The position numbers and the translations under genes are program-made. Below, in pieces: positions 43,876-58,623 of a DNA stretch of 64,000 nt (positions within the stretch are counted from its first letter, which is position 1; each line of letters begins with the position of its first letter). The DNA is from the human T2T-CHM13v2.0 reference genome, Homo sapiens. The stretch lies in assembly GCF_009914755.1 (NCBI RefSeq), contig NC_060947.1; one strand, written 5' to 3'. Below the pieces are notes generated by a model that was not told where the DNA came from, made no database searches, and worked only from the letters and a program-made list of their open reading frames with translations.

Positions 43876-46130
43876 TTTTTTTTGTTTCTTTTGTTTTGTT
43901 TTGTTTTTGGTTAGTAGACTATTAATTACTGCCTCAATTTCAGAGCTTGTTATTGGTCTATTCAGGGATTCAATTTCTTCCTGGTTTAGTCTTGGTAGGG
44001 TGTATGCGTCCAGGAATTTATCCATTTCTTCTAGATTTTCTAGTTTATTTGCATTGAGGTGTTTATAGTATTCTCTGATGGTAGTTTGTATTTCTGTAGG
44101 GTCAGTGGTGATATCCCCTTTATCATTTTTTACTGTGTCTATTTGATTCTTCTCTCTCTTCTTTATTAGTCTAGCTAGCGGTCTACCTATTTTGCTAATT
44201 TTTTCAAAAAACCTGCTCCAGGATTCATTGATTTTTTGCAGGGCTTTTCATGTCTCTATCTCCTTCAATTTTTCTCTGATCTTAGTTATTTCTTGTCTTC
44301 AGCTAGCTTTTGAATTAGCTTGCTCTTGCCTTCTAGCTCTTTTAATTGTGATATTAGGGTATAGATTTCAGATTTTTCTAGCTTCTGCTGTGGGCATTTA
44401 GTGCTATAAATTTCCCTTTTAACACTGCTTTAGCTGTGTCCCAGAGATTGTGGTACATTGTTTCTATGTTCTCATGGGTTTCAAATAACTTCTTGATTTC
44501 TGCCTTAATTTCATTATTTACCCAGGAGTCATTCAGGAGCAGGTTACTCCATTTCCATGAAATTGTGTGTTTTTGAGTGAGTTTCTTAATCCTGAGTTCC
44601 GATTTGATTGCACTACGGTCTGAGAGACTGTTTGTTATGATTTCAGTTCTTTTGTATTTGCTGAGGAGTGTTTTACTTCCAAGTATGTGGTTGGTTTTAG
44701 AATATGTGCCATGTGGCACTGAGAAGTATATATATTCTGTTGATTTGGGGTGGAGAGTTTTGTAGACGTCTACTAGGTCCACTTGATCCAGAGCTGAGAT
44801 TAAGTCCTGAATATCCTTGTTAATTTTCCATCTTGTTGATCTATCTAATACTGACAATGTGGTGTTAAAGTTATGAATCTGGATGCTCCTGTATTGGGTG
44901 CATATATTCAAGATAGTTAGCTCTTCTTGTTGAATTGTTCCCATTACCATTATGTAATGCCATTCTTTGTCTTTTTTTATCTTTGTTGGTTTAAAGTCTG
45001 TTTTGTCAGAGACTAGGATTGCAACCCTGCTTTCTTTTTTTGCTTTCCATTTGCTTAGTAAATTTTCCTCCATCCCTTTATTTTGAGCCTGTGTGTGCCT
45101 TTGCACCTGAGATGGGTCTCCTGAATACAGCACACCAATGGGTCTTGACTACTCGTCCAATTTGCTAGTCTGTGTCTTTTAATTGGGGCATTTAGCCCAT
45201 TTATATTTAAGGTTAGTATTGTTAGGTGTGAGTTTGATCCTGTCATCATGATGCTATTTGGTTATTTTGCACACTAATTGATGTAGTTTCTTCATAGTGT
45301 CATTGGTCTTTATATTTTGGTGTGTTTTTGCAGTGACTGGTACCAGTTTTTCCCTTCCATATTTAGTGAATCTTCCAGGAGCTCTTGTAGGGTAGGCCTG
45401 GTGGTAACAAAATCCCTCAGCATTTGCTTGTCTGGAAAGGATTTTATTTCTCCTTTGCTTATGAAGCTTAGTTTGACAGGATATGAAATTCTGGATCAAA
45501 ACTTCTTTTCTTTAAGAATGTTGAATATTGGCCCCCGATCTCTTCTGTCTTGTAGAGTTTCTGCTGAGTGGTCCATTGTTCATTTGATAGGCTTCCCTTT
45601 GTAGGTGACCTGGCCTTTCTCTCTGGCTGCCCTTAACCGTTTTTCCTTCATTTCAACCTTGGAGAATCTGATGATTATGTGTATTTGGGTTGATCTTCTC
45701 ATGGAGTATCTTAGTGGTGTTCTCTGTATTTCCTGAATTTGCATGTTGGCCTGTCTTGCTAGGTTGGGGAATTTCTCCTGGATAATATACTGAAGAGTGT
45801 TTTCCAGCTTGTTTCCATTTTCCACATCTCCTTCTGGTACTCCAGTCAATTGTAGGTTTGGTCCTTTTATAAAGTCACATATTTATTGGAGGCTTTGTTC
45901 ATTCCTTTTAATTCTTTATTCTCTATTCTTATCTGCATGTCTTATTTCAGCAAGGTGGTCTTCAAACTCTGATAACCTTTCTTCCACTTGGTCAATTCAA
46001 CTGTTGATACTTGTGTATGCTTCACAAAGTTCTTGTCCTGTGTTTTTCAGCTCCATCAGGTCGTTTATGTTTCTGTCTAAACTGGTTATTCTAGTTAGCA
46101 ATTCCTCTAACCATTTATCAAGGTTCTTAG

Positions 46131-46506
<376 letters not shown>

Positions 46507-48249
46507 TGATCCTCCATCCAGTTCTGTGCCCTTGTTGGAAAGATGCTACAGTCATTTGGGAAGAGGCACTTGGGCCTTTTTGGTTTTCAGCATTTTTTCA
46601 TTGATTCTTTCTCATCTTTGTGAGTTTGTCTAGTTTTGGTCTTTGATGCTGCTGACCCTTGGATGGGGTTTTTGTGGAGGCCTTTTTGTTGCTGTTGTTG
46701 ATGCTGTTGTTGTGACTTTCTGTTTGTTTTTCTTTCAGTAGTCAGGTCCCTCTTCTGTAGGGCTGCTGCAGTTTGCTGGGGATTCACTTCTCAGGCCTTA
46801 TTTATCTGATTCGCTCCTGTGCCTGGAGACGTCACTCAAGGAGGCTGGAGAGCCACAAAGATGGGTGCCTCCTCCCTCTTCTGGGACCTCTGACCTCAAG
46901 GGGCACCAACCTGATGCCAATAGGATCGCTTCTGTATAGGGTGTCTGACAACCCTTGTTGGAGGGTCTCACCCAGTTGAGTGGCATGGGAAGCAGGACCC
47001 GTTTAACAAAGCACATTGTCCCTTGGTGGAGTGTGTTTCACTGGGGGAAAACCCACTCATCTGGGCTGCCCGGATTCCTCAGAACTACCAGGAGGGGAGG
47101 AGAGGCTAAGTCTGCCAGTTTGCAGAGACTGTGGCCACCCCTCCCCCTAGGGACTCAGGTGCAGGGAGATCCAAATTCTGTCCCTGAGCCTTTGGCTGGA
47201 GTTATTGGAGATCCTGCAGGGAAGCCCTGCCCACTAAGGATGGGTCAGTGTTAGACCTCAAAAGGCACTCTGGCATCTGACTGCCACAGCCCGTGTGTTG
47301 GGCTGTGGGGACAAATCTTGTGACCAAGCCATCCAGCCTCCCTGGCTCCAGCAGGGAAAAACACAGCCTGGGACTACAGAGATGGATGCTGCCCTTTCCC
47401 CTGCCCAGGGAGCCTAGCGCGTTAGGCAGTTGTGAGTCTCAGTTCTGGCTGCTGCCCCTCTCCCAAGGAGCTCAAAGGGCTTAGACAGCAGGCAGCAGCA
47501 GCCCATACTGGTCGCCCCCGTCCCAGGGAGTTTGGTAGGCTTAAGAAGATTCCAGCCGAGAGACTGTAAGAATCTGCACGTTCAGGGGTTGGGATGCTAG
47601 GCCCCAGTGGTGTGGGTTCGCAAGTGGGATTTTCCCATCCATGGGTTGCACAGTTCTGTGGACAAAACACAGTTTCCCTGGCTGGGTAGCACGCTCACTC
47701 ACTGCCTCCCTTGGCTGTGGAAAGGGGGTTCCCCTTCCCCGTGTGTCTCTCAGATGGGCTGCTGTACCACACTGCTCTTCCTTCTCTTGGTGGATCATGC
47801 CAGCCTTTTAGTCAATTTTGATGAGAGAACCTGGATACCTTGGTTGCCAGTGAAGGATACACACGCTTACGGTTTTTGTCGATGGAAGCCTCCAAAGGTA
47901 GCTGCTTCTAATGGGCCATCTTGGCCCCTACCTCCTGAGAAAGTCTTGATCTCATATGCATCTTCTGAAAAACATCCCAGAGGCAAAATATGCAGATTGT
48001 GAGAGTTGTATACATCTACAACTTTGTAGGGAATGTGATTTTGGAACACCTGCTTCTGTGCCTGGAGACTATGAAGGGAAAAAAAAATCTGTGAATTGAT
48101 GCCACTAGCCTGGCCAGTAGCAGCCCAGGTACCAGTGAATTTGAAGGGTTTCACAATTCAAGAAATTTTAATGAAGTGAAACACAAAATTATCTTGGAAA
48201 CAGGGTATTAAAGCAAAAGTGGTAGTAATGAAAACAGGAAGTTATACAG

Positions 48250-48680
48250 CCTACAGGATAAGAGCACAAGTTGTGGAGCCAGAACGACTGGGTTCAACAA
48301 CCAACTCTGACACCATGTGACCTTGGATAAGTCATCCCAACTCCTTGAACTCACATTTTCTTACCTATAAAATAGAGGTAATACTTATCTACCTCACAGG
48401 AAGTGAATGCATACCAAGTACCTGGTATCAGTACCCTGAATCAGGGAAGTGAATGCATACCAAGTACCTGGCATGCAATAAATGGGCATTACATCACTTT
48501 ATAGTGCTATGATCTAGGTCGAGTCAGTTAACCTCTCTGCATTTGTTTTTTACCTGTAAATCAGAATAAACGATAATTAATCTGCCTATCATACAATTTT
48601 CACAAATTGCAAATGAAGAAATCAATGGGAAAGGGCTTTGTAAAGCCAAATACAATAATCAAACTAAAAGATCATTATCA
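48250..48680 (+). mobile_element. Two MIR fragments; the first carries a 27-bp direct duplication
   Basis: ggataagagcac..tggagccaga..ctgggttc..tgtgaccttggataagtca..; second piece gttaacctctctgc..cctgtaaa. Confidence 0.7.
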
Positions 48681-50896
48681 ATAACCTAAATATATCATCT
48701 GAAAATGCCAACAATCTAAATGAATGTCAGGAGAACCTGATTGGTTTTGTGACCTTGTTCCTGGCTCCCTAGATTAGGTGTAACATGTTGCCAAATCTAG
48801 TCACAAAATCTATCCTAATCAAGTTTCTTTGCTGGTCTCACCCAGTTTCCAACTATGAGTCCACTATTAGGGCTACAGCTTACCTTATTTGGTTTTGCCC
48901 CTGCACATCTTCTTTATGAACTTAGGAACCTATACTCCTAATTTTGACCCTGGCATCTGGATTTTTCACACTGCTCACCTAATTTAAGTCAACTAAATTT
49001 ATGGTGTCTAATTCTGTTTCTAAGTTTCCAAACTGGTTCTTCCTTCTTACCAGCCCTCAAATATCTCCTGTCTTCCTCAAATGCTAGTCCCTTCGTCTCT
49101 GCTAGGGGAGCTGGGCTGCCCATTTGAACCGAATCTGTGCAGGCCACCATGTGATATGACAATTTTTTAGCATAAAGTTGTACATATTAATAGTTACAAA
49201 AATATTCCTGGATACAATGTATTCCTATGGGAAATGACATGTGACACACACCCATTGGACATAGGTTACAAGATTTCAGTTTCACTGGGTTCTGATGAGG
49301 TAGGGAACAGATGAGATCCCAGCCAAAGATACATATTTAAACTCTTTCTATGGACAGCATACTTCTTTGGCCTATTGCCATGGCTGTTAGTAGATAGAAA
49401 AGACCCAATGAGTATCCTAGAGTGAAATGGAGAAAAGAAAAGAATTTTGAGAAGACTAAAAAATGAACTAATTGAGCCTTAAAAGTATTTGTCTGTCCAG
49501 AAAACAGAAAGTTTGAAGTGGGTGAAATTAACATAGTCCCTGGCACATAATTAACAATCAATACATATTTGAAGAATAGATTAATTACCTGCTCAGTTTT
49601 TAAGGTCATATCTAGATAAGAATTTTAAAAGGGCAATTTTTTGTATGTCTTATAAATCACATTATTTTTCTTAATTGTTTCAATAACAAACACCTGGGAA
49701 AATTATTGTTGTAGCACAGGAGAGACTGGGATGTTCTAGAAATCATGAGCTTTATTAATAAATTAAGGACATAGGATGGATTTAGGGACACAGTGGACCC
49801 ACTGTGAGATGGACCTCAGATAAAATTTCATAGATCAAGAGCCAAGATGGCTGACTAGACGCAGCCAGAAAGGGCTTCACCCACCAAGAGAAAAGAACAT
49901 CAAGAAGACTGGCATACTCTAAGTGTATCTTCAGAAGGAAGGGAGGACACAGACCCTGGGCCGAAGGGGGAGGAAGCTGGGAACCCTGCACAGGGTTGTC
50001 GACCACCAGGACTCATTCTTGACCCTTGGCATCTGCAGCAGAAGGGATGTGTTAAACAGGCAAGAAGTGGTCCACACTTGCCATGGACCTCAGGAATCCT
50101 AGATGCAGGAGACCCCATGAATCCCACAGTGCATCTGAGCTGGCAGGGAGAGCTTCTTGAAGAGTTGATAGGGACAGGACTCCAGCCTATGCAGAGCCCA
50201 GAGACTTTGGCATAGAAACAGCTGCAGTGGAACACAGCCAGGGGCACACATCCCCTAAGACTTACCACATCCCTCTAGATGGCTTTGGATTTTGTTGATT
50301 GTCGGACATAGACAGAACAGGGCTATCTTGACTGTGGGACAGGACCAATCTGATATAAGTCCTCCCCATCTGCCAGCCTCTCCCAGGGTTCCTGCCTGGC
50401 AGCACCTGCTTGTAGCACAGCCTAAGATGCCCAATCAACAGGCTTCCCAGTGGCCACCTCCATAGCTCCTTTACTGGTAGACCCCATCTAATGATCAGAG
50501 AGCTTCTGTAGATGGGCCCCCGGTAACACACACCCACCCACAGCCTCCCCCAACAGCTTTGCCAGTGTGTGCACACAAGTGGACCTTGACACCCTGTCAC
50601 AACCAGTGCATGCACACACATGTGCACAAAACCCATCACCTTGCAGCAACTGGAACATGTGCAGACCTTGCTGCCACCACCCTGCCCTTGCCAGCACACA
50701 CACAGACCCTGCTGCCCTACTACCGCTAGTGCACATACACTAGTGCACATTCTGCTGCCACTGCCCTGACAAAGCACTTTTCCTGGAACCCTCACATCAA
50801 AATGTTATCGTCAAGGACCAGGAACCCGTTAGTCCCTTGACTGCAGCAGGTGCTTAATGTCAAGAGGCCACAGAACAGTTACAGGCATGGTACCAC

Positions 50897-50954
50897 CCTC
50901 CCAGGGTTAGAGCACGCAACCTCCCAGGGTTAGAGCATACCTCCCAGGGTTAGA
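50897..50954. repeat. Three tandem copies of cctcccagggttaga in L1 5' UTR
   Basis: Copies start at 50897, 50920 and 50940. Confidence 0.9.
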
Positions 50955-52284
50955 ATGCTGAACTGAGCCTTGGCCCACTGAAATCATAAAAAAATGAAGC
51001 CAGTCAGTTGAACTAAACTTGTACCATACTCAAACCCTCAAGGTCATCAAAGTCTATAAAAGCAAAAATCCCCATCCAAAGGATAGCAACTTCAAAGAAT
51101 AAAGGAACATCAGCCCACAGAAATGAGAAAGAATCAGGGCAAGAACTCTGGCAATTCAAAAAGTCAGAGTGTCTTCTTACATGCAAATGATCATACTAGC
51201 TCCCCAGCCATGGTTCTTAACCAGGCTGACATGGCAGAAATGATAGACATAGAATTCAGAATCTGGAGGACAGTGAACATGATCAAGATTCAGGAGAAAG
51301 CTGAAACCCAATTCAAGGAACTTAAGGAATTCAGTAAAATGATATAAGAGCTGAAAGAAGAAATAGCCATTTTATGAAAAAGCCAAACAGATGTGATAGA
51401 GCTGAAAAACTCATTTCAAGAATTTTATAATACAATCAAAAGTATTATCAGCAGAATAGACCAACCTGAGGGAAGACCCTCAGATCTTGAACAATGGTTC
51501 TTTGAATCAATTCCATCAGACACAAATAAAGAAAAAAGAATAAGAAAGAGTGAACAAACCTCAAGAAATATGGGATTATGTAAAGAGACCAAATCTATGA
51601 CTCATTGACATCTCTGAAAGAGAAGAACAGAGAGTGAGAAACTTGAAAAACATATTTGAGGACATAGTCCATGAAAATTTACCCAATCTCACTAAAGAGG
51701 TTGACATTCAAATTCTGGAAATTTATAGAATCCCCATGAGGTACTATACAAGACAACCATCCCAAAGACACATAGTAAACAGATTCTCCAATTTCAATGT
51801 GAAAGAGAAAATATAAAATGGAGCTATAGAGAAGGATCAGGTAACTTACAGAAGGAACACCATTGGGCTAACAGCAGAACTTTCAGCAGGAACCCTACAA
51901 GCCAGAAGAGATTGAAGGTTATATTCAGAGTTCTTAAAGAAAACAAATGCCAACCAAGAACTCCATATCTAGCCAAACTAAGTTTCATAAGTGAAAAAAT
52001 AAAATAAAATCCTTTCCAGGCAAGCAAATGCTAAGGGAATTTGTTACCACCACACCTGCCTTACAAGAGGCTCTTAAGGGAGTGCTAAATATGGAAAGGA
52101 AAATTCGTTACTGGCCACCACAAAAACACACTTAAGTACAGACACCATTGACACTATAAAGCAACTACACAATCAAGTCTGCATAATAACCAGCTAACCA
52201 CACAATGGCAGGATAAATCCTCACACATCAATATTAACCTTGAATATAAATGGGCTAAATACCCTACTTAAAAGGCACAAAGTG

Positions 52285-52679
<395 letters not shown>

Positions 52680-53647
52680 TCAAAATAAAGGCATGGAGAA
52701 AGATCTATCAAGCAAATGGAAAGAAAGGAAAAAAAAAAGAGCTGAGGTTGCTATTCTAATTTCAGACAAAACAAACTAAACCAACAATGATCAAAAAGGA
52801 CAAAGAAGGGTATTACATAATGATAAAGGGTTCAATTTGACAAGAAGACTCAACTATCTGCATATATATGCACCCAACACAGGAGCAACAAGATTCATGA
52901 AACAAGTTCTTACAGACCTACACAGAGACTTAGATCGATAACCACATCATAACAGTGAGAGACTTCAACACCCCACTGACAGTATCAGATAGATCATCAA
53001 CAGATATTCAAAAGCTAAACTTGACACTTGATCAACTGGAACTAACAAACATTTACAGAACACTCACATCCAACAAAAAAATTTACATTTTTCTTACCTG
53101 CACATGGCACATGCTCTAAAATTGACCACACAATCGGCCATAAAGCAATTCTCAAAAAATTCAAAAAAATGAAATGATACCAACCATACTCTCTGACCAA
53201 AGCACTCTAAAAATAGAAATTAATACCAAAAAGGTCTCTCAAAAGCATACAATTACATAAAAATTAAACTGGCTCCTGAATGACTTTTGTTTAAACAATA
53301 AAATTAAGGCAGAAATCAAGAAATTCTTTGAAACTGGCAAAAAAAAAAAAAAAAGATGCAACATACCAGAATCTCTGGGACACAGCTAAAGAAGTGTTAA
53401 CAGGAAACTTTATAGCACTAAATGCCACATCACAAAGTTACAAAGACCTCAAATTAACAACATAACATCACACCTAGAGGAACTAGAAAAGCAAGAACAA
53501 ACCAACATTAAAGATAGCAGAAGACAAGACATAACCAAAACCAGAGCTGAACTGAACAATTTGGAGATGTGAAAAAACATACAAAAGATCAACAAAATCA
53601 AAGTTTGTTTTTTGAAAGAATAAATAAGATTGATAAACTGCTCTCTA

Positions 53648-53830
53648 GTACCCTAAAACTTAAAGTATAATAATAATAAAAAAATACACATAACATAAAA
53701 TTTACCATTTTAACCATTTTTGTGTACAATTTAGTAGCATTAAGTACATTCAGAATATAGTGAAGCCATCACCACTATCCATTTCCAGAACTATGAAAAT
53801 AAAAAATTTTAACATAGATTAAAAAAAAAA
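53648..53830 (+). mobile_element. Young L1PA 3' tip plus probable 3'-transduced segment
   Basis: gtaccctaaaacttaaagtataataataataaaaaaa, then ~135 bp of foreign DNA (antisense L1MB-like), AATAAA at 53798-53803 and A10 at 53821-53830, all inside host ORF2. Confidence 0.75.
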
Positions 53831-56800
53831 GAAAGATGAGAGAAGACCCAAATAAACACAATCAGAAATGACAAAGGGGACATTACCACCAACCCCACAG
53901 AAATGCAAAGAAAACCCAGAGAGTATTATGAACACCTCCATGCACACAAACTAGAAAACCTAGAAGGAAACCTCCCAAGATTGAAGGAGGGAAAAATTGC
54001 AGCCCTTAACAGACCAGTAGTGAGTTCCAAATTTGAATCAGTAATAAAAGGCCTACAACCATAAAAATGCCTTGACCAGAAAGATTCACAACTGAATTCA
54101 ACCAGACACATAAAGAAGAGCTGATACCATTCCTACTGAAATTATTCCAAAAAATCAAGGAGGAGGGACTCCTTCCTAACTCATTCTACTAGGGCAACAT
54201 CATTCTAGTATCAAAACCTGGCAGAAATACAACAAAAAAAGAACACCTCCACCCAATATCCCTGATGAATATGATGCAAAAATCCTAATCAAATTATTAG
54301 CAAGCCAAAACCAGCAGCAAATCAAAAAGCTAATCCACCACAATCAAGTAAGCTTTATCTCTGGGATGCAAGGTTGGTTCAACATATACAAATCAATAAA
54401 TGTGATTCATCATGTAAGCAGAACTAAAAACAGAAACCACAAGATCATCTCAATAGATGCAGAAAAGGCTTTCAATAAAATTCAACATCACTTCATATTA
54501 AAAACCCTCAACAAACCAGACACTGAAGGGGCATACCTCAAAAAAATAACAGCCATCTATGACAAACCCACAGCCAACATCATACTGGATAGGCAAAAGC
54601 TGAAAGTATTTCCCTTGAGAAGCAGAATAAAACAAGGATGCCCACTCTCACCATTCCTATTCAACGTAGTACTGGAAGTGCTAGCCAGAGCAATCAGGCA
54701 AGAGAAAAAAATAAAAGGCATTTGGGTAGGAAGAGAAGCAAATCTATCTCCCTTCACAGACTATATGATTCTATGCTTAGAAAACACCATAGTTTATGCC
54801 CAAAGGCTCCTGGAGCTGATAAACAACTTCTATAGTTTCAGGATACAAAATCAATGTACAAAAATCAGTAGCATTTTTATACACCAATATCCAAGCTAAG
54901 AGCCAAATCAAGAAGGCAATCCCACTCACAATTGCCACAAAAAGAATAAAATACCTAGGAACTCAGCTAACCAGCGCAGTGACAGATCTCTATGATGGGA
55001 ATTACAAAACACTGCTGAAAGAAATCAGAGACAGTACAAACAAATGAAAAAGTATTTCACATTCATGGACAAAAAGAATCAACATTGTTAAAATGGCCAT
55101 ACTGCCCAATGCAATTTACAGATTTGGTGTTATTCCTATCAAACTATTGATGACATTTTTCACAGAATTCGGAAAAATATTCAGAAATTCATATGGAACT
55201 AAAAAAGAGCCCAAATAACCAAAACAATCCTAAGAAGCAAAAAGAACAAAGCTGGTGGAATCACACTACCCAACTTCAAAATATACTACAGGGATACAAT
55301 AACAAAACAGCATTGTCCAATAGAAAAATTGACACATAAATCAATGCTACATGTTAGAGAACCCAGAAATAAAGCAGCACACCTACAACCATCTGGTCTT
55401 CAACAAAGTCAACAAAAACAAGCAATGGGGAAAGGACTCCCTAGTCAATAAATAGTGCAGGGTTAACTGTCTAGCTATGTGCAGAAGATTGAAAATGGAT
55501 CACTTCCTTTCACCATAACCCTAAACTATAAATACCCTAGAATAAAACCTAGGAATACCATTCTGCACACAGACCCTGGCAAGGATTTCATGATGAAGAT
55601 TCCAAAAGCAATGGCAACAAAAACAAAATTGAAAAGTGGGACCTAATCAAACTATAGAGCTTCTGCACAGCAAAAGAAACTATCAACAGAGTAAACAGAC
55701 AACCTACAGAATGGGAGAAAATATTCACAATCTATGCATCTGAAAAAGATCTAACATCCAGAATACATTAATATATGGGATTTAAATCAACAAGCAAAAA
55801 AACCGAACAACTCCATTAAAAATGGGCAAAGGACATAAACAGACACTTCTCAAAAGAAGACACACCTGTGGCCAACAAGTATATGAAAAAGTTTTCAACA
55901 CCATTAATCATTAGAGAAATGCAAATCAAAACCACAATGAGATATCATCTCACACCAGTCAGGATGACTATTATTAAAAAAGTCAAAACATAACAGATGT
56001 TGGCAAGGTTGCAGAGAAAAGGGAACACTTATATACTGCTGGTTGGAATGTAAATTAGCTCAGCCACTGTGGAAAGTAGTGTGGCAATTCCTCAAAGAAC
56101 TTAAAACAGAACTGTTTGACCCAGCAATCCCATTACTGGATGTATACTCAAAATAATATAAATCATTCTACCATAAAGACACATGCATGCATGTGTTCAT
56201 TGCAGCACTATTCACAATAGCAAAGACATGAAATCAACCAAGGTGCCCAACAATAGTGAACTGGGTAAAGAAAATGTGGCACATATACACCATTGAATAG
56301 TACATAGCTATAAAAAAAAAAGAATAAAACCATGTTCTTTGCAGTAACATGGGTGCAGCTGGAGGCCATTTACTAAGCCACTCAATGCAGAAACAGAAAA
56401 CCAAAAACCACATGTTCTCACTCATCAGTTAGGAGCTAAATATTGAGCACACATGGACACAAAGAAGAAAACAATAGACACCAGGGACCACTTGAGGATG
56501 GAAGGTAGACAGAGGGTAAGGATTGAAAAACTATGTATCATATATTACGCTCATTACCTGGGTGACTAAATAACCTGTACACCAAACCCCCATAACACAC
56601 AATTTAGCCATGTAAAACCTCCAAATGCACCCCTGAAACTAAAATAAAAAGTGGAAAGAAAATCACAATAATAATATTAATATTAAATCAAAATTGGGCT
56701 CAAGATTTTAAAAGAATAATGATATTGATTGAAAGACTGGTGGATAATTTTTTGGCCAGAAAATACAGCCTTTTTCCCCTAGAGGTAACTGCGAGTCATG

Positions 56801-57647
56801 AGAAAGCCCACCTTCTCCAAAGTTAATCATGATATTAATTTGTAAAACTGTATGTGATAGCACATCTATCTGGGACAGATTTTGAAAGACCACAAAAGTT
56901 TTCATATAAAGTATCAAGTTTTTATTATTTTTCAATGTCTAGTGAAAAAACACACATCCCATATGAATTGTTCCCTGTCACAGTAAAATCCAAGACCCGT
57001 TTGCGTACTTAGGCAGTGACAATGTAATGCCATTGTTTAGTGTAATATCTGGGCAGTGGCAGGGACTGTAAGCCAAGGGCCAGCTTCTTACATGAGGCCA
57101 GAAATTGCCTTTCAGCTCCTTTTATGTTTATTTCCAACCTATGTCTGCTATTTTTACACAACTGTCTACCCTTTATTCATCTTTCTCTTTCTTTTTGTTC
57201 TACTTCCTCTATCGAACTCTGAGAGGATGTGATTTAACAGATATACTGAGCTATGAACTTCTCTGAGAGTAAGCCCAATAGAAATCAAAACTATTAATAG
57301 CGCCTGTTTCAACCATGGCTACATTAAACTTTTTCCTTTTCCTATCATTACTTCCTTTTTCAAAAATCTGTGCATTTTCTGCCATAAATCTGGGTTTATA
57401 AAGACATCACTAGTGAGATGATTTTAAGATAAAGAAAACATCTCTAGGAAAAACAAAGTTTTAACAAAAATCAAAACAAAGCACATAAAAGAATTTGAAA
57501 GACAGAAGAGATAATTTAATTATTGATTAATAAGTTTCCAATTACCAACTTCAGTTTTAAAACTGAATATAACTGAAGTCTTCACATCTGTGTACAGAGA
57601 CAGTTAAAGTATAATGCATGAGTATCTACTAGTGTTTCTGAGAATTC

Positions 57648-57790
57648 CAGCATTTTAGAGCTGTAAGTGATCCTAGAAATCATCCCTTATCCTCTGATGT
57701 TTCAAATGAGAAAACTGAGACCCAGAAAGACTTACCCAAGTTGACACAGGTAGCTAGTGACTGAGCAAGGTCTAAGTGTAGTTCTAAGCT
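57648..57790 (-). mobile_element. MIR fragment
   Basis: ttttagagctg..aatgagaaaactgagacccagaaagacttacccaag..cacagg..ctagtgac. Confidence 0.7.
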
Positions 57791-58247
57791 CAAGTTTTCA
57801 TTGATCTGGTCACTTAACTTGGTTCACATCACAGAAAAAAACAAGAGAAGTTTTAAATCTACATTTGAATTTTCTTTCAACATGTCTTAAATAAGTCAGA
57901 AATATATCAGTTAGGAATCCTTGTTATAGTAAAGTTAGCTAATACACTTTCATGAATATATTTGCCTAAGACTCTACAGGTAGCACAGTAAGAGGATAAG
58001 AGATGCTAAATAGAAAGATTTTATATTATTATATCAGGTTGGTACTTGGACCTTGAGAATATGTGCTTCAATTGGATTTTTTCAATTACCTAAATTATCA
58101 CAAAGGTTCCAACAAATGATTTTTATGTACTCAAAAGGTCCAGGAGAGGAAGACTCTCCAAAATCTCTTCCACCATGGAAGGTAAAACTATGGCTGTGTT
58201 TCCATAACCAAATCAAATTACTATCTTTAAAATGACTCTCACCTTTC

Positions 58248-58553
<306 letters not shown>

Positions 58554-58564
58554 ATGACTCTCAC

Positions 58565-58623
58565 CTTTCAACTCGAGGAACATCCCGGTAGATAACACAA
58601 GCCGAAAGCATTATTATTAAATT
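58565..58623 (-). CDS. Candidate 59-nt exon (NLIIMLSACVIYRDVPRVE)
   Basis: tttgtag acceptor (weak pyrimidine tract), AAG|gtgaga donor, single open frame, three retained CpGs in CpG-poor DNA. No homolog recognised. Confidence 0.33.

Noticed and set aside
48399-48471. Repeat-spacer-repeat as a CRISPR-like array
   Set aside because: Only two copies, inside a MIR in primate DNA, with no cas genes.
50897-50954. GGGTTAG-containing triplet as interstitial telomere
   Set aside because: No tandem TTAGGG units; simple slippage duplication within an L1 5' UTR.
57019-57036. Inverted SOX sites ACAATG-N6-CATTGT
   Set aside because: Single short motif with a longer spacer than typical SoxE dimers; expected by chance in 64 kb.
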